A stretch of DNA of 63,981 nt, filler included, from Octopus bimaculoides (lineage: Eukaryota): the NCBI RefSeq assembly GCF_001194135.2. It is 9 parts of 8 records of this genome, joined end to end, with 100 filler letters (N's around TTAATTAATTAA, not from the genome) between each part and the next. Parts side by side here need not be neighbours in the genome. Positions count along the whole stretch, not along the records: positions 24,800 to 51,226 come from NW_026365758.1; 8 more parts are not named here. One strand, given 5' to 3'. Under the pieces are notes generated by a model. That model ran no database searches and was not told the origin of the DNA. It was given only the letters and a program-made list of their open reading frames with translations. Below are positions 24,700-37,640 of this stretch, one piece after another (within the stretch, counting starts at the first letter, position 1; each line of letters opens with the position of its first letter). Made by a program: the position numbers and the translations under genes.

Positions 24700-26096
24700 N
24701 NNNNNNNNNNNNNNNNNNNNNNNNNNNNNNNNNNNNNNNNNNNTTAATTAATTAANNNNNNNNNNNNNNNNNNNNNNNNNNNNNNNNNNNNNNNNNNNNT
24801 ATATATATATATATTTATTTATTCATGTCTGTGGTATATATATATGTGTGTGCACGAACCAGTGTAAATATATTGACGGACCAACAAACATACATGATGC
24901 ATACATAAATACACGCGTACATACATACACGCATACATAATTCGTAGCACAAAATAAATGTTTATTTTACCTGTAGATAAGAAGAAGAAAAAAGCACACG
25001 TACGTACACAAACGTCACCATGCACACCCACATACGCACAGAGAGGGTGAGAGTGATAGAGAGGAGGAGACAAACAATTTTAAACATCTACAAATATGTA
25101 CACAGTTAAAGAGACATCAACAAATATGTACACATTAAGAGAAGGCAACAGAACGGCAAGTTTGCCGTTGTTTCATGAAAAGACACGGAGACAACCACTA
25201 TCTGTATTATTCGCTTCTCCACTTCTCCAATTCAGCCGCCATTTTAAAACAGACGACAGCTTATGTTCAAAATTAAATCATTGGAATTTGCGGGGGTTTG
25301 TATTTATAGTTTCGTATACGTGTAGAGGTATGTATTAGTAGATGTGTATACAAGTGTGTTTGAGCGTATGTCTATGAGTATCTTTGTGTAATCAAGTGTG
25401 TTTTTATGTGTGCGTAACTATCCATGTATTGTGCGCGTCTATGTGTCGCATGCGTAATATGTGTATAAGTGCACCTCTCTATTTGTGTGTGTGCAAGCAT
25501 GTATATATATATAATGTGCGTGTAAATGTGTATAAGCACACGTGTCTTTTTGTGTGTGCAATTAAGCATCAGGTGATCTTTCGATGTTGGTCTACACGGT
25601 TTCAGTATGAAGGAACGACGTCATTCAACCTCTTTTTCAACATGCCCTCTTTATCCATGTCATGAGGTGGGGGGATGTGTTGATGTATGATACTGTGTAC
25701 AAATACCGAAGGATTTCCCATGTATTACATTTGAATGCGCATTATGTAAGTATGTAGAGGTACATAATCACGTGTGTAAAGCACAACTGTATTAAATGTG
25801 TTGTGTGTGTGTGTGTGTGTGTGTACGAGTTGTGCGTGTCTATGCGTGTAATTGTTTATACGTCGTATATATTCTGTATCCGCTAGACGTCTTCTAGATG
25901 TGTGTGTATGTATGTATTGTGTGTATGTATGTATTATATGTATGTATGTATGTATGTTTGTTTGTAAGCAAGTGAATTGGAGAATGTTTGTGCGTTCATG
26001 TATGTATTTATGTGTATCTCCGTGATGTATGTGCGTGTGCGTATGTATCATGAATGCACACTTAAGCTCATGTACGTATTTATGTATGTATGTATG

Positions 26097-26128
<32 letters not shown>

Positions 26129-26143
26129 ATAGTCTTCAAGGTG

Positions 26144-26176
<33 letters not shown>

Positions 26177-26528
26177 CGTTCTCCTTGTATCTGTTATGTG
26201 TGTGTTGTGTTTGTCACTAAATATTTACTAGTATTTGTACAGTGTGTGTTTTATTGTGTTAATGTATATGTATGTATGTGTTTGTATCTGTTTATATATC
26301 AGTGAACATTTAACTTTATTTACAACGTGCCTGTTCTCTGTTCGTGTCTTTTGTATTAATTGTATATATTTTTCATTGAATAGTTTCGTGTATTTGTTTA
26401 AAAAGTGTATGTATGTGTTTCAGTAAGTATTTAATAATCTATGTTATTGAGTAAGTATTTTGTAATCCGTGTATTGCTTTAGAATGTATGCGTTTGAAAG
26501 CGCGCGTGCGTTCGTGTATGTATGTATG

Positions 26529-26560
<32 letters not shown>

Positions 26561-26575
26561 ATAGTCTTCAAGGTG

Positions 26576-26608
<33 letters not shown>

Positions 26609-27226
26609 CGTTCTCCTTGTATCTGTTATGTGTGTGTTGTGTTTGTCACTAAATATTTACTAGTATTTGTACAGTGTGTGTTTTATTGTGTTAATGTATA
26701 TGTATGTATGNNNNNNNNNNTATGTATGTATGTATGTATGTATGTATGTATGTATGCGTGTGTATGTTTGCGTGTGTATGTTTGCGTTCCATTTGCAAAA
26801 TCCACAAGAAGCGACATTACGTGAAAACACGAGAGATATATAGTTGTTGCTTTATCTTTTGTTTTCTGTCAATTATTTCGTTTAACTATTTGGCTGGGTC
26901 TAGAAATAATTCAGCGACGTCGTATCACTGTACAGTGTTTTAAGTCAGTCACCATTTTGTAACTCGAACGACATGTCCGCGCGAGTTTATTTGTGTGTGT
27001 GTGTGAGTGAAGAAGAGAGAATGTAAATGTAATTAAATGAGGTATGTAGAAATGTATGTACATATGTATGTATGCATGAATCTATGTATTATGTATGTAC
27101 GCATACGTAACTATGTACGTTTGCGCGCGCGGGTTTGTGTGTGTATTATATATATAAATACACCTCTGTAACTACATATATACTATATATAAATATATAC
27201 TCCTATAAATACATATACATAATTAC

Positions 27227-27276
<50 letters not shown>

Positions 27277-27325
27277 ACATGTATATCTACGTGCATACAG
27301 AAATATCTCACTACACACACACGCG

Positions 27326-27361
<36 letters not shown>

Positions 27362-27659
27362 AACAAACAAAGATGGTGGATTGATAGAAGTTTTAAAGCT
27401 TCGGACAAAATGGCTACAGTACTTCATTAAGATCATTTACGTTCACAAATTCAAATCCTGCCCAGGTCAAATTTGCCTTTCATCATTCTGTGGTCGGTAA
27501 ATAAATTGCCAATCAAGTACTATAAAGCATCCTAGACATAAATGGAATTATAATGGAGGATTGATATTTCACGTTTGCAAAAGTATATGGGTGTTTAACT
27601 AGCTTGTAATATATGTATGTATACATGTACCAATAAATGTATATACGCGCATATATAGG

Positions 27660-28190
27660 TACTATTGAGTGAAAGAGGAGCACCTATCATCAAAGTGACA
27701 CTGGGGCACGTATGCGAAGCCCAATATATTATCATGATTACCCGTCTGATAAGGGTACTGCAGGTACATAAATCACAATCAAATGTGCGCGACATGATAT
27801 TATATCGAAATACCTTGCAGGTAGGGCCCAGTTAGAATTTTCTTCGGGTCGAGTAGCCCATCCCGTTCAAAAGGTATCTCAATAAGGGTTTGTTAAAGGA
27901 TGAACACAACAACGATGTTTCCAGAGGTGATTTGTTCAAGCCCCCAAAGAATACCTCTCACCACATGGTTACGATGCTCCCCACACTACTTGTGCTCGTG
28001 ATCAGAGAAGCACATATCGTCAGCCACCAAGGGACATGCTCAACTGGTTAAGGTCAAGCAATAGAACAAGCAAATTTGTAGTATTGAGCAGAATATTTGC
28101 TGTAGTCCATCTTTTACACCAAGACAAAACGTGTACAGGATAACAGCTTCCAATCAGTTAAGAAGAGAAGCCACGAGGCTAGATGTCTCA
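27660..28190. repeat. Unclassified interspersed repeat sequence (probably two adjacent elements)
   Basis: Non-coding, GC-richer than background and resembles repeats I recall from octopus sequence. Class not determinable from this window. Confidence 0.4.
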
Positions 28191-28239
28191 CAGGCTGTCC
28201 ACTCCACTGATCGGTTCCATGCGTGTAATTTTATCTTTT

Positions 28240-28597
28240 ACCTTTTATTTGTTTCATTCACTGAACTGCGGCCATTCTGGGACATTGTCTCGAAGGGTTT
28301 TCGTCGAACAAATCGATCCCAGCAGTGGTTCTTTTGAAAGGCCGGTACTTATGCTATGGTACTTTTGTTGAACCGTAAACAAACCAACACCGATGGTCAA
28401 GAGATAAATTCAGACACAAAGACACACACACAGCCGACGGGTTGACAGCAGCTTCCGTCAATTTAATTCATTCAGTGAGCATTGGTCGGTCAGGGGCCAT
28501 TGAAGAAGTCACTGCCGAAGATACTGTGCAGTGGGACCGAACCTGAAACCACCAAATGGTTGCAAAGCGAACTTCTTAACCACACAGCCACGCCTAC
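28240..28597 (-). mobile_element. SINE family 1, older diverged copy, head-to-head with the 28656 copy
   Basis: Reverse-complement similarity to family 1 from tail to head. Confidence 0.75.
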
Positions 28598-28655
28598 TCT
28601 TAACTTAATGGGGGAAAAAAATTAAAAAAACAAAAAAACAAAAGACTAATAAAAC

Positions 28656-28826
28656 AGGCGCAGGAGTGGCTGTGTGGTAAGTAGCTTGCTTACCAAGCAC
28701 ATGGTTCCGGGTTCGGTCCCACTGCGTGGCACCTTGGGCAAATGTCTTCTACTATTGCCTCGGGCCGACCAAAGCCTTGTGAATGGATTTGGTAGACGGA
28801 AAGTGAAAGAAGCTCGTTGTATATAC

Positions 28827-28859
<33 letters not shown>

Positions 28860-29056
28860 CATCTGTGTTAGTCTCCCCCACCATCGCTTGACAATCGACG
28901 TTGGTGTGTTTACGTCCCCGTAAACTTAGCGGTTCGGCAAAAGAGACCGCTAAAATAGGTCCTAGCTTTACAAAGAATAAGCCCTGGGGTCAATTTGTTC
29001 GACTAAAGGCGCTGCTTCAGCATAGCTGCAGTCAAATGACTGAAAGAAGTAAAAGA
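28656..29056 (+). mobile_element. SINE family 1 (tRNA-derived, ~400 bp, internal (TA)/(TG) tract), full-length representative
   Basis: tRNA-like head (tggctgtgtggtaag...gggttcggtccc), body ccttgggcaa...gccgaccaaagccttgtg, tail gctgcagtcaaatgactgaaa. About 20 further copies or fragments, e.g. 4330-4430, 8540-8985, 9975-10130, 14080-14450, 14760-14935, 15820-16175, 21420-21620, 22820-23175, 23790-24585, 33550-33920, 46672-46840, 49555-49850, 55355-55685. Confidence 0.9.
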
Positions 29057-31748
29057 ACGATAAATCTGATTTCGGTTTGATTCGAACACAAAGGGTTTTT
29101 TTTATCATAATTGCTACAACCTGCTATGGTACAATAATTCTCGAGAAATACCGCCATTACTTGGTTGCCTTAGAGTTCTTTATGGGTGTCTCAAGTGGAT
29201 ATGTTTAGAGTTCACTATATTCTTGAATTTCGAAATGGAAACTCGAATATGTTTATGGGTCATCTGAGGTCAATCTCGGCTGAGCGACTGATCCATATTC
29301 ACGAAAATCCTATTAAGACATCGGCTTCAATTTGAAACCAGACACTGTATGTATGTATGTGTGTGCGTGTATGTATGTATGTTTGTGTGCGTGCGTGAAT
29401 ATATGTGTATGCTTAAGTATAGTAGTCGTATGTATGTCTACTTGTGCATATTCTTATGTATTTGTGTAATGTTTGTGTATGCGTGTATATATAAGTATAG
29501 GATATATATACACACACATACATGTATATAATATATAGATACACATACATATATGTATATATATATACATATATACACACATATATATGTATATAATATA
29601 TACATAGATACATTCATATATATGTATATACAAAAATATATACATATGTATATACATAAATATGTATGTATATACATAAATACATACATATGTACGTATA
29701 TACATAAATACATACATGCATATATATGTGTTGGTGCATAATTATTGCGGCTTTTTTTCAACAAATTTTATTCAACAAAAACAATAACAACATGTAACAA
29801 AAACATTTTAAAATTATTATTCCGGAGCATATTCACTATCTACTTCAATTACTGCTTCCCATTTGCTTGGCAGACGGTCAGACCGTCATTAAAAGATGTT
29901 TTTGTTGAAAAAAAAGCCGCAATAATTATGCACCAATCCAATATAAGCATGCATACGTATTTGAATTTATGTATTATGTGTGTGCGTGTGTATTATGTAG
30001 GAGTACGAGTGTGCGTGGATGTATATCTTTTACTGTGTGTGTATGTGTGTGTGCGTGCGCGTGTGTACCTTAGTGTTTGGTATTGTTATTAATCCGCAAA
30101 ATCGTTGTGTATGTCAGGAATATAAACAACATCACAATCAACATCATCATCATCATCATCATCATCACCATCATCAGAAACAGGACAACCCGACCCCAAA
30201 ATGGACCCGCTATGTGGTCGCTGAAACTGGTAGAAATAGCTGTCAAAAGCTTCCTCAAATCAAACCACATCGTTTAAGAACGGGATGGTCACAGGTAGCT
30301 GGAACGCTTTTGAACTTCATCTCTGCTTGTTCGGGACTGACCTAGGGCTTATACAGGAGCGTCACTAACCACCACCACATCACCACCAATATCATTACGG
30401 TTACTATGACCCCCACCACTACCATCACTATCATCCCCAACATCGCCCCATGCCATCATTACTATCATCGGCACTAGAACCGTTATCAACACCATCTACC
30501 ACTCGCATCACCAAGACCCATCATACCACCACCACCACCACCGCCGCCGCCGCCGCCAATACCACTACAACCACGCCTGACGTCTTTACTGCTTACCAGC
30601 GTTAGTACTATCACCATCGTAACTGATAGCCATCACCACCACAACTAGCACCAAGACAACAACGACCANNNNNNNNNNNNNNNNNNNNNNNNNNNNNNNN
30701 NNNNNNNNNNNNNNNNNNNNNNNNNNNNNNNNNNNNNNNNNNNNNNNNNNNNNNNNNNNNNNNNNNNNNNNNNNNNNNNNNNNNNNNNNNNNNNNNNNNN
30801 NNNNNNNNNNNNNNNNNNNNNNNNNNNNNNNNNNNNNNNNNNNNNNNNNNNNNNNNNNNNNNNNNNNNNNNNNNNNNNNNNNNNNNNNNNNNNNNNNNNN
30901 NNNNNNNNNNNNNNNNNNNNNNNNNNNNNNNNNNNNNNNNNNNNNNNNNNNNNNNNNNNNNNNNNNNNNNNNNNNNNNNNNNNNNNNNNNNNNNNNNNNN
31001 NNNNNNNNNNNNNNNNNNNNNNNNNNNNNNNNNNNNNNNNNNNNNNNNNNNNNNNNNNNNNNNNNNNNNNNNNNNNNNNNNNNNNNNNNNNNNNNNNNNN
31101 NNNNNNNNNNNNNNNNNNNNNNNNNNNNNNNNNNNNNNNNNNNNNNNNNNNNNNNNNNNNNNNNNNNNNNNNNNNNNNNNNNNNNNNNNNNNNNNNNNNN
31201 NNNNNNNNNNNNNNNNNNNNNNNNNNNNNNNNNNNNNNNNNNNNNNNNNNNNNNNNNNNNNNNNNNNNNNNNNNNNNNNNNNNNNNNNNNNNNNNNNNNN
31301 NNNNNNNNNNNNNNNNNNNNNNNNNNNNNNNNNNNNNNNNNNNNNNNNNNNNNNNNNNNNNNNNNNNNNNNNNNNNNNNNNNNNNNNNNNATATATATGA
31401 ATGTATAATGCTTAAAGTGCCTGTGTGGCACAGCGATGTATTTAAGTAGAACATCCAGACATTAATAGACATGTCTACGCATGCTTACACATAAATGTAC
31501 ATATGTGTATACATGAAAGCATGTATGTAACTGAGTGCGTATGTGTTTTGTATGTAATAAATTGTCCATGTGTATAAGACACAAGCACACGGAACACCAC
31601 AAACCCTCACGCACACACGCATCCAGGTATTCTGGCGCCCTAAACCACTTCAGCTTCGGAGCCCCTTCTTATAAACGATGATATGATAAGAAAAAAAAAC
31701 TCTTGCTGCCCCCGTGAAGACTAGAGACAGACAGACACACTACTACTA

Positions 31749-31782
<34 letters not shown>

Positions 31783-34700
31783 GGCTACTGTTGCTGCATA
31801 TATTACCAACCACATACACTGATGGAGTTTCTATACTGTTGCTCAACTTGCAAGAAACAACAGCCGAATTTTCTGAAAATTACACTTCTCTACTGTCTTC
31901 GAAACGGAGGTGAACGAACATTCATTGGTTTATGTTATCCAATATATGCCCGAGACGAAGATGGAAGGGTCATCGCTGGAACGTGTACGGAACTTCGTTG
32001 TAGCTTATACGTCGTCACTCAAGGTGTAGGCAAGAAATTGTACGCTGAGTCTTCATCAAATCAAAAATCTAACGCAGCATTTTCCCCCAGATCTTATTAG
32101 GTATTTTCCAACCTGTAGACTAAGTTCATGCTGTTCAGCGTAGTCCCTATATTTGCCTTTCCCACGCCTTGAAAGATAATCAATCTGACAGGGAACCCCT
32201 ATTTAAAAATTATTTATTATAATATTATAAGTGCAGGCGCAGCTATGTGATAAGAAGTAATTGGGTCGATTCGTTCAACTTATTTCTTCAAGGCGGTGCC
32301 CCAGCATGACCGCAATCTAATGACAGAAAAATGATAAAAGATGGAGCTTTATTAATTTTTTTTCTTTCTCTTTCCATAAAGTTAAAAAGCTTTCTAAGAG
32401 GTTATTAAACTAATTATAAAATTGTCTTTGAAAGGTTTGTCAATGCTTAATCTTCTCAAACGCTACAAAGGAATTACGACTAGATCAACACGACCTTGTT
32501 TAGATCAAATTCTTGTGCGATTCCCAGTTGTTCTTTTCCTCGAAGAGTCTCCGTACTGCCCACAGATGCCAGGAGTCCTCTGCCCCCTGGGAATGTCACG
32601 CATGTATCTTAATCTTTTGCACTGCAAAATTGAATTTCATGATAAAGTCGGCGAGGTGGAAGAATCGTTAGCACGCTGAACAAAGTGCTTATTGGAATTC
32701 TTGCAGTTTTACATTCTGAGTTCGAATTCCACCGAAGCAGGACTTACTTTTTAAGTCTTTCGAGGTCGATAAGGTAACTACGAGTTGTGTAATCAACTAG
32801 CCTCACTCCCTACAAAATTTAGCAGAAAGGATTAGATTTTATGGTTATTACAAAAGTTATGTTAAATATCTACCATAAAAATATAACTGGTATTTTCTAC
32901 AAGTCACGATGCCGAAATAAACTTGACATATCTCAACAAAAAAATAGTGTCGAACCTGACATTCTTCAACAAACGATAGACTGCTATACAAAACTGCATT
33001 CTGCTGTGAAGGGTAATGCAATTTCCAACAGATATCTCTACTTTCCACACAGTAAAAGGGTTAATCATTTAGCTATGCTTGGGTTCTTGATGCGCAATAC
33101 TTGATGAAATGACGGGATAGTCACGAGTAGAATTTCTTTGATCAACCGTAATCTTCTCAGTCATGGTTAGCCTGTGGCTAAATAAGCAACACATTTCCAC
33201 TACTACACAAATTTCCACCTTATCTACGCACACGTAAGTTTAACACAAAACTACCACTTCCCGTTCAATCCAAGATTGCGTTTTAAATTGAATGAGCAAA
33301 TTGTAAATTAAAAATTGAAACATTTAATTTAATCAGATTTAGGTTATTAGGTCTTAAAATATATAATTGGCGTTAATAACTGAGCTAATTAAAACGAGTG
33401 AGACGAAGCTTGCTAATCTCAAACGTCAGACAGCAAGAAACCAAACAAACGCCAGAATCTGCAGAAACAAGCGGACGTTGCATATGTTGCTATTTCGTTT
33501 AACCCCGACGTCAGCTCGTATTGAGCAGACATTATCAAAAGCGCTCTGTCCATTGCTGTGTGCTGAGACGCTTGCTTCCCAACCACATAGTTCCGGGTTC
33601 AATCCCACTGTGTGATACCTTGGGCAAGTGTCGTCTACTACCAGTTCCCGGTTGTCCAAAGCCTTGTGAATAGATTTGGCAGAGAAGCCTTGTGAATAGA
33701 TTTGGCAGAGAAGCCTGCTATGTGTTTGTCCTCCCATCACCGCTTCACAACCGGTTTTGGTTTGCTTACGTTCCCGTAACTTGGTGGTCCGGCAACAAGG
33801 GACCGATAGAATAAGTATCAGGTTTAAAAAAAAAAAAGTACTGGAGTCAATTCGTTCGCTTGAAAATCTTTCAAGACGATGTCCCTGCATGGCCGCAGTC
33901 CAATGACTGAAACAAGTAAAAGCGAAACATTTCTCTCTCTACACACAAACATATATATATATTCTATATGCACACATACGCGCAGAGAAAACTATAGTGA
34001 AGCCGACAGAGACCGATTATCTTTGCAAGACAGCAGAGCACTTGAGTAGCTAGAGTGTGTGCCGCCCGGGGCGGCCCTTCAGTTTGCAGCCCCCCGAGAC
34101 CCTATGAAAATTAAATATTGCCTTCAGCACACTCAAAAGTCTGCATAAAAATCCCCCCATAAAAGTGGGGCCTGAGGCAGATCGCCTTCTCCAGCAACGG
34201 TAGTGCAGCAGAGCGTTCTTCGAGGTAGATTTGGTGACTATTTTCAGCAGATTATGCAAGACCGTTGGTTCGGAGAAACTAGCTAAGCCGTAGTTCAAAC
34301 GTGATCAAGCAGGCCTATTGGTCTGTGTGTTCTATCACTGAACAACTAACTAGTCCGTGCTTTTCATTTTAAACTGTACATAAGATTACGTTTATTTTTA
34401 TGTCTGCATGTTTTTAACGATAGTAAGATATATGTGCGTGTATTTATGAAACAAGGGTGATTGGACAATATTTTCTAGCTCCGTCGTCGGCTCGTAATCT
34501 CCGTTGTTTATTAAGCAAAAAGACCTCTGAGAACCGTCTACAACTTAGAGCAACAAAATTATACACACGTATACAAGTACTATTCCCCGCTCTTTTATAC
34601 ATTTTCCCCTTCCATCTCGTCTCTTCCCCAACACGCCGTACATTTTATCTCTAGCAGCGAATCATGCACACATACAAGCGTATAATAAACACATACACAA

Positions 34701-35038
34701 ATACGATTACGCGAAACACGTAACGCACTTTAGGTGTCATACACATTTTTATAACACGAAAAATTGGAAAATATTGACGCAGATAAATTGAGATAAGAAC
34801 TAATACGAAATTTATCAATAGACGTGTGTGGGTGGGTGTCTGCATACCCAAATATGCCCATATAGACATATACAAACACAGCTATATACATAATATGCAT
34901 ACAGCTATTTGTATGTATGTATAATGTGCGTATATGCAGTTATGAACGTACGTCTATTTGTGTGTCTTTCGGCTTCGAAAATATCATACAAGCGTATACA
35001 CATATGAATAGAATTATATATACGTGTAGTGAAACTAC

Positions 35039-35090
35039 CTATCGTCACTAGATACAAAACTACTATCGCCATTACATACAATCTTCTCAT
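35039..35090 (-). CDS. Candidate first coding exon encoding a signal peptide (MRRLYVMAIVVLYLVTI)
   Basis: ATG ~50 nt from the E-box cluster, basic n-region then hydrophobic h-region, phase-1 donor ag|gtagtt. Confidence 0.35.
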
Positions 35091-35136
35091 TTAAATATAA
35101 ATAAATGCGAGCGTAGTAGAGAACCCATTCCTTGTC

Positions 35137-35234
35137 ATCACGTGACTGATTATTATTCGAATCGGCAACTTTTTCGAACCTTTCCCCCCAGAACGCAAAC
35201 TGACCAATCACGGCCCCTAATAAGGTCACGTGAT
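35137..35234. promoter_or_regulatory. Promoter-like cluster: two TCACGTGA E-boxes flanking a CCAAT box
   Basis: atcacgtgac 35137-35146, ccaat 35204-35208 and gtcacgtgat 35225-35234 in CpG-rich unique DNA. Confidence 0.5.
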
Positions 35235-36565
35235 AGAGTAAAATTCTGAAGACATTTGGAGCCCTCTTAACGCTATATATAGATCAACTCATACCCCACA
35301 AATTTGTCTCGGTCCAGTTTCTCTTTGAGAACTGTTCCGTGTACCACACGACAGCAGCAGCANNNNNNNNNNNNNNNNNNNNNNNNNNNNNNNNNNNNNN
35401 NNNNNNNNNNNNNNNNNNNNNNNNNNNNNNNNNNNNNNNNNNNNNNNNNNNNNNNNNNNNNNNNNNNNNNNNNNNNNNNNNNNNNNNNNNNNNNNNNNNN
35501 NNNNNNNNNNNNNNNNNNNNNNNNNNNNNNNNNNNNNNNNNNNNNNNNNNNNNNNNNNNNNNNNNNNNNNNNNNNNNNNNNNNNNNNNNNNNNNNNNNNN
35601 NNNNNNNNNNNNNNNNNNNNNNNNNNNNNNNNNNNNNNNNNNNNNNNNNNNNNNNNNNNNNNNNNNNNNNNNNNNNNNNNNNNNNNNNNNNNNNNNNNNN
35701 NNNNNNNNNNNNNNNNNNNNNNNNNNNNNNNNNNNNNNNNNNNNNNNNNNNNNNNNNNNNNNNNNNNNNNNNNNNNNNNNNNNNNNNNNNNNNNNNNNNN
35801 NNNNNNNNNNNNNNNNNNNNNNNNNNNNNNNNNNNNNNNNNNNNNNNNNNNNNNNNNNNNNNNNNNNNNNNNNNNNNNNNNNNNNNNNNNNNNNNNNNNN
35901 NNNNNNNNNNNNNNNNNNNNNNNNNNNNNNNNNNNNNNNNNNNNNNNNNNNNNNNNNNNNNNNNNNNNNNNNNNNNNNNNNNNNNNNNNNNNNNNNNNNN
36001 NNNNNNNNNNNNNNNNNNNNNNNNNNNNNNNNNTCACGTGTTATTGACTCTCTTTCTATCTGCTGTAATAACTCACACATGTATCACTCACATACACACT
36101 TTTCTTTGCATGACGGCCTGTCTTTGATTATGTTCTTATATGTCGCATTCACACTCTCACACAGACATACATCTTTAACGCCATAATAAATATCTCTGTT
36201 ATTCATCTAATACGGTTGTGGTCTTTCATTGCTGGTCATCTATGTTATCGTCGTATAACATATCATGTATATCATCCTCTGATATATATTATTTTGTGTT
36301 CGACCGTGTGACACGTTTAAATAAAAGGAGTCCTCTGTTTTTCCATTCGTCACCATATCTCCTTTTTGAGTTTGCCCGGTCGTCCCTTACATACGTATAC
36401 GAATTATATATATGCACACACAAACAGAATTACATATACGTATACGAATTATATATACGGACACAGAAAATGTTTGCGCGTGCAATATTATATATAAATG
36501 CGCTCGCACGTGTGTACATATATGTGCGAGTGTGTTATGTAAATCTATCTATCTATCTATCTAGA

Positions 36566-36605
<40 letters not shown>

Positions 36606-37039
36606 AATAGATGCAAGTGTGTGCGCGTGCAAACATTCACACACACACATACACCGATACATATGTTTGTATCAATAAATGTATGAACGAATATATGTAT
36701 GTATATATATTGTAAGTACGTAAGCATGTTGGGCTACAAAAACAAACAAGAAACAAAGTGTGACACGAATTGTCAAATTGTCAAAACCGAAGAAAGCGAA
36801 TACCAGCAGACATAAAAAAAAAAAAAGAAAAACGTTGAAGACATTGAATGGCTGTGAAATGACACTTAAAATAAATGATGTGATAATCGTTTCATCACGA
36901 ACTGCAAATACACACACACACACGTGTATATACATACACACATGCATACATATATATATACATATACACACACATACATATGCAAATATATATACACATA
37001 CATGCATATACATACACACACATACATACATATATACAT

Positions 37040-37122
<83 letters not shown>

Positions 37123-37221
37123 NNNNNNNNNNNNNNNNNNNNNNNNNNNNNNNNNNNNNNNNNNNNNNNNNNNNNNNNNNNNNNNNNNNNNNNNNNNNNN
37201 NNNNNNNNNNNNNNNNNNNNN

Positions 37222-37262
<41 letters not shown>

Positions 37263-37542
37263 ATAGTTAGACAGACAGACAGAATAGATAGATAGATAGA
37301 TACATACATACATACAACCACATAAACACAGACATAAGAAAGAGATAACACAGGAAAAACAATGGTTATGTCATAGACTTCATTAGCTTACACCTGTTTC
37401 TGCTACTATACACAGTGGACTCAGAGTTTACCAGTGAGAAAGTCTGATCCGCACATCAAGAATGACTTTCGCGCTGGAAATGCCTTTTCTGTATATTGCA
37501 CAAATGTAATTTCCCCCACCCAACTAAATAAATAAGACTCCA

Positions 37543-37640
37543 TTCATACACGAGGCTCTGATGAAGCCATAGGATGTTACTCAGGCACCCAACTGTGAGT
37601 CCATTGCATCTTGTAGTAGAAATAGCTGTCAGTTAATGAA
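37543..37640 (+). ncRNA. Candidate type I hammerhead ribozyme (partly decayed)
   Basis: CTGATGA (37558-37564), long helix II, GAAA (37619-37622), tagctg, TC cleavage site. Helix I ggct/agtt plus ttcat/atgaa across an internal loop. Confidence 0.45.

Noticed and set aside
26085-26710. Near-identical ~190-bp duplication
   Set aside because: The second copy ends at a gap and starts in a (TATG)n tract; most likely a contig-end misassembly.
28940-29056. Regularly recurring conserved blocks suggestive of a CRISPR-like array
   Set aside because: These are dispersed SINE tails in a eukaryotic genome; there is no repeat-spacer periodicity.
30200-30290. tagaaatagctgtca shared with the 37.6-kb ribozyme candidate
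   Set aside because: Belongs to a separate short repeat family (also ~2165 and ~38970) and lacks an upstream CTGANGA.
33045-33064. AAAGGG-TTAA resembling a piggyBac end
   Set aside because: No matching opposite terminus or transposase in the scaffold.
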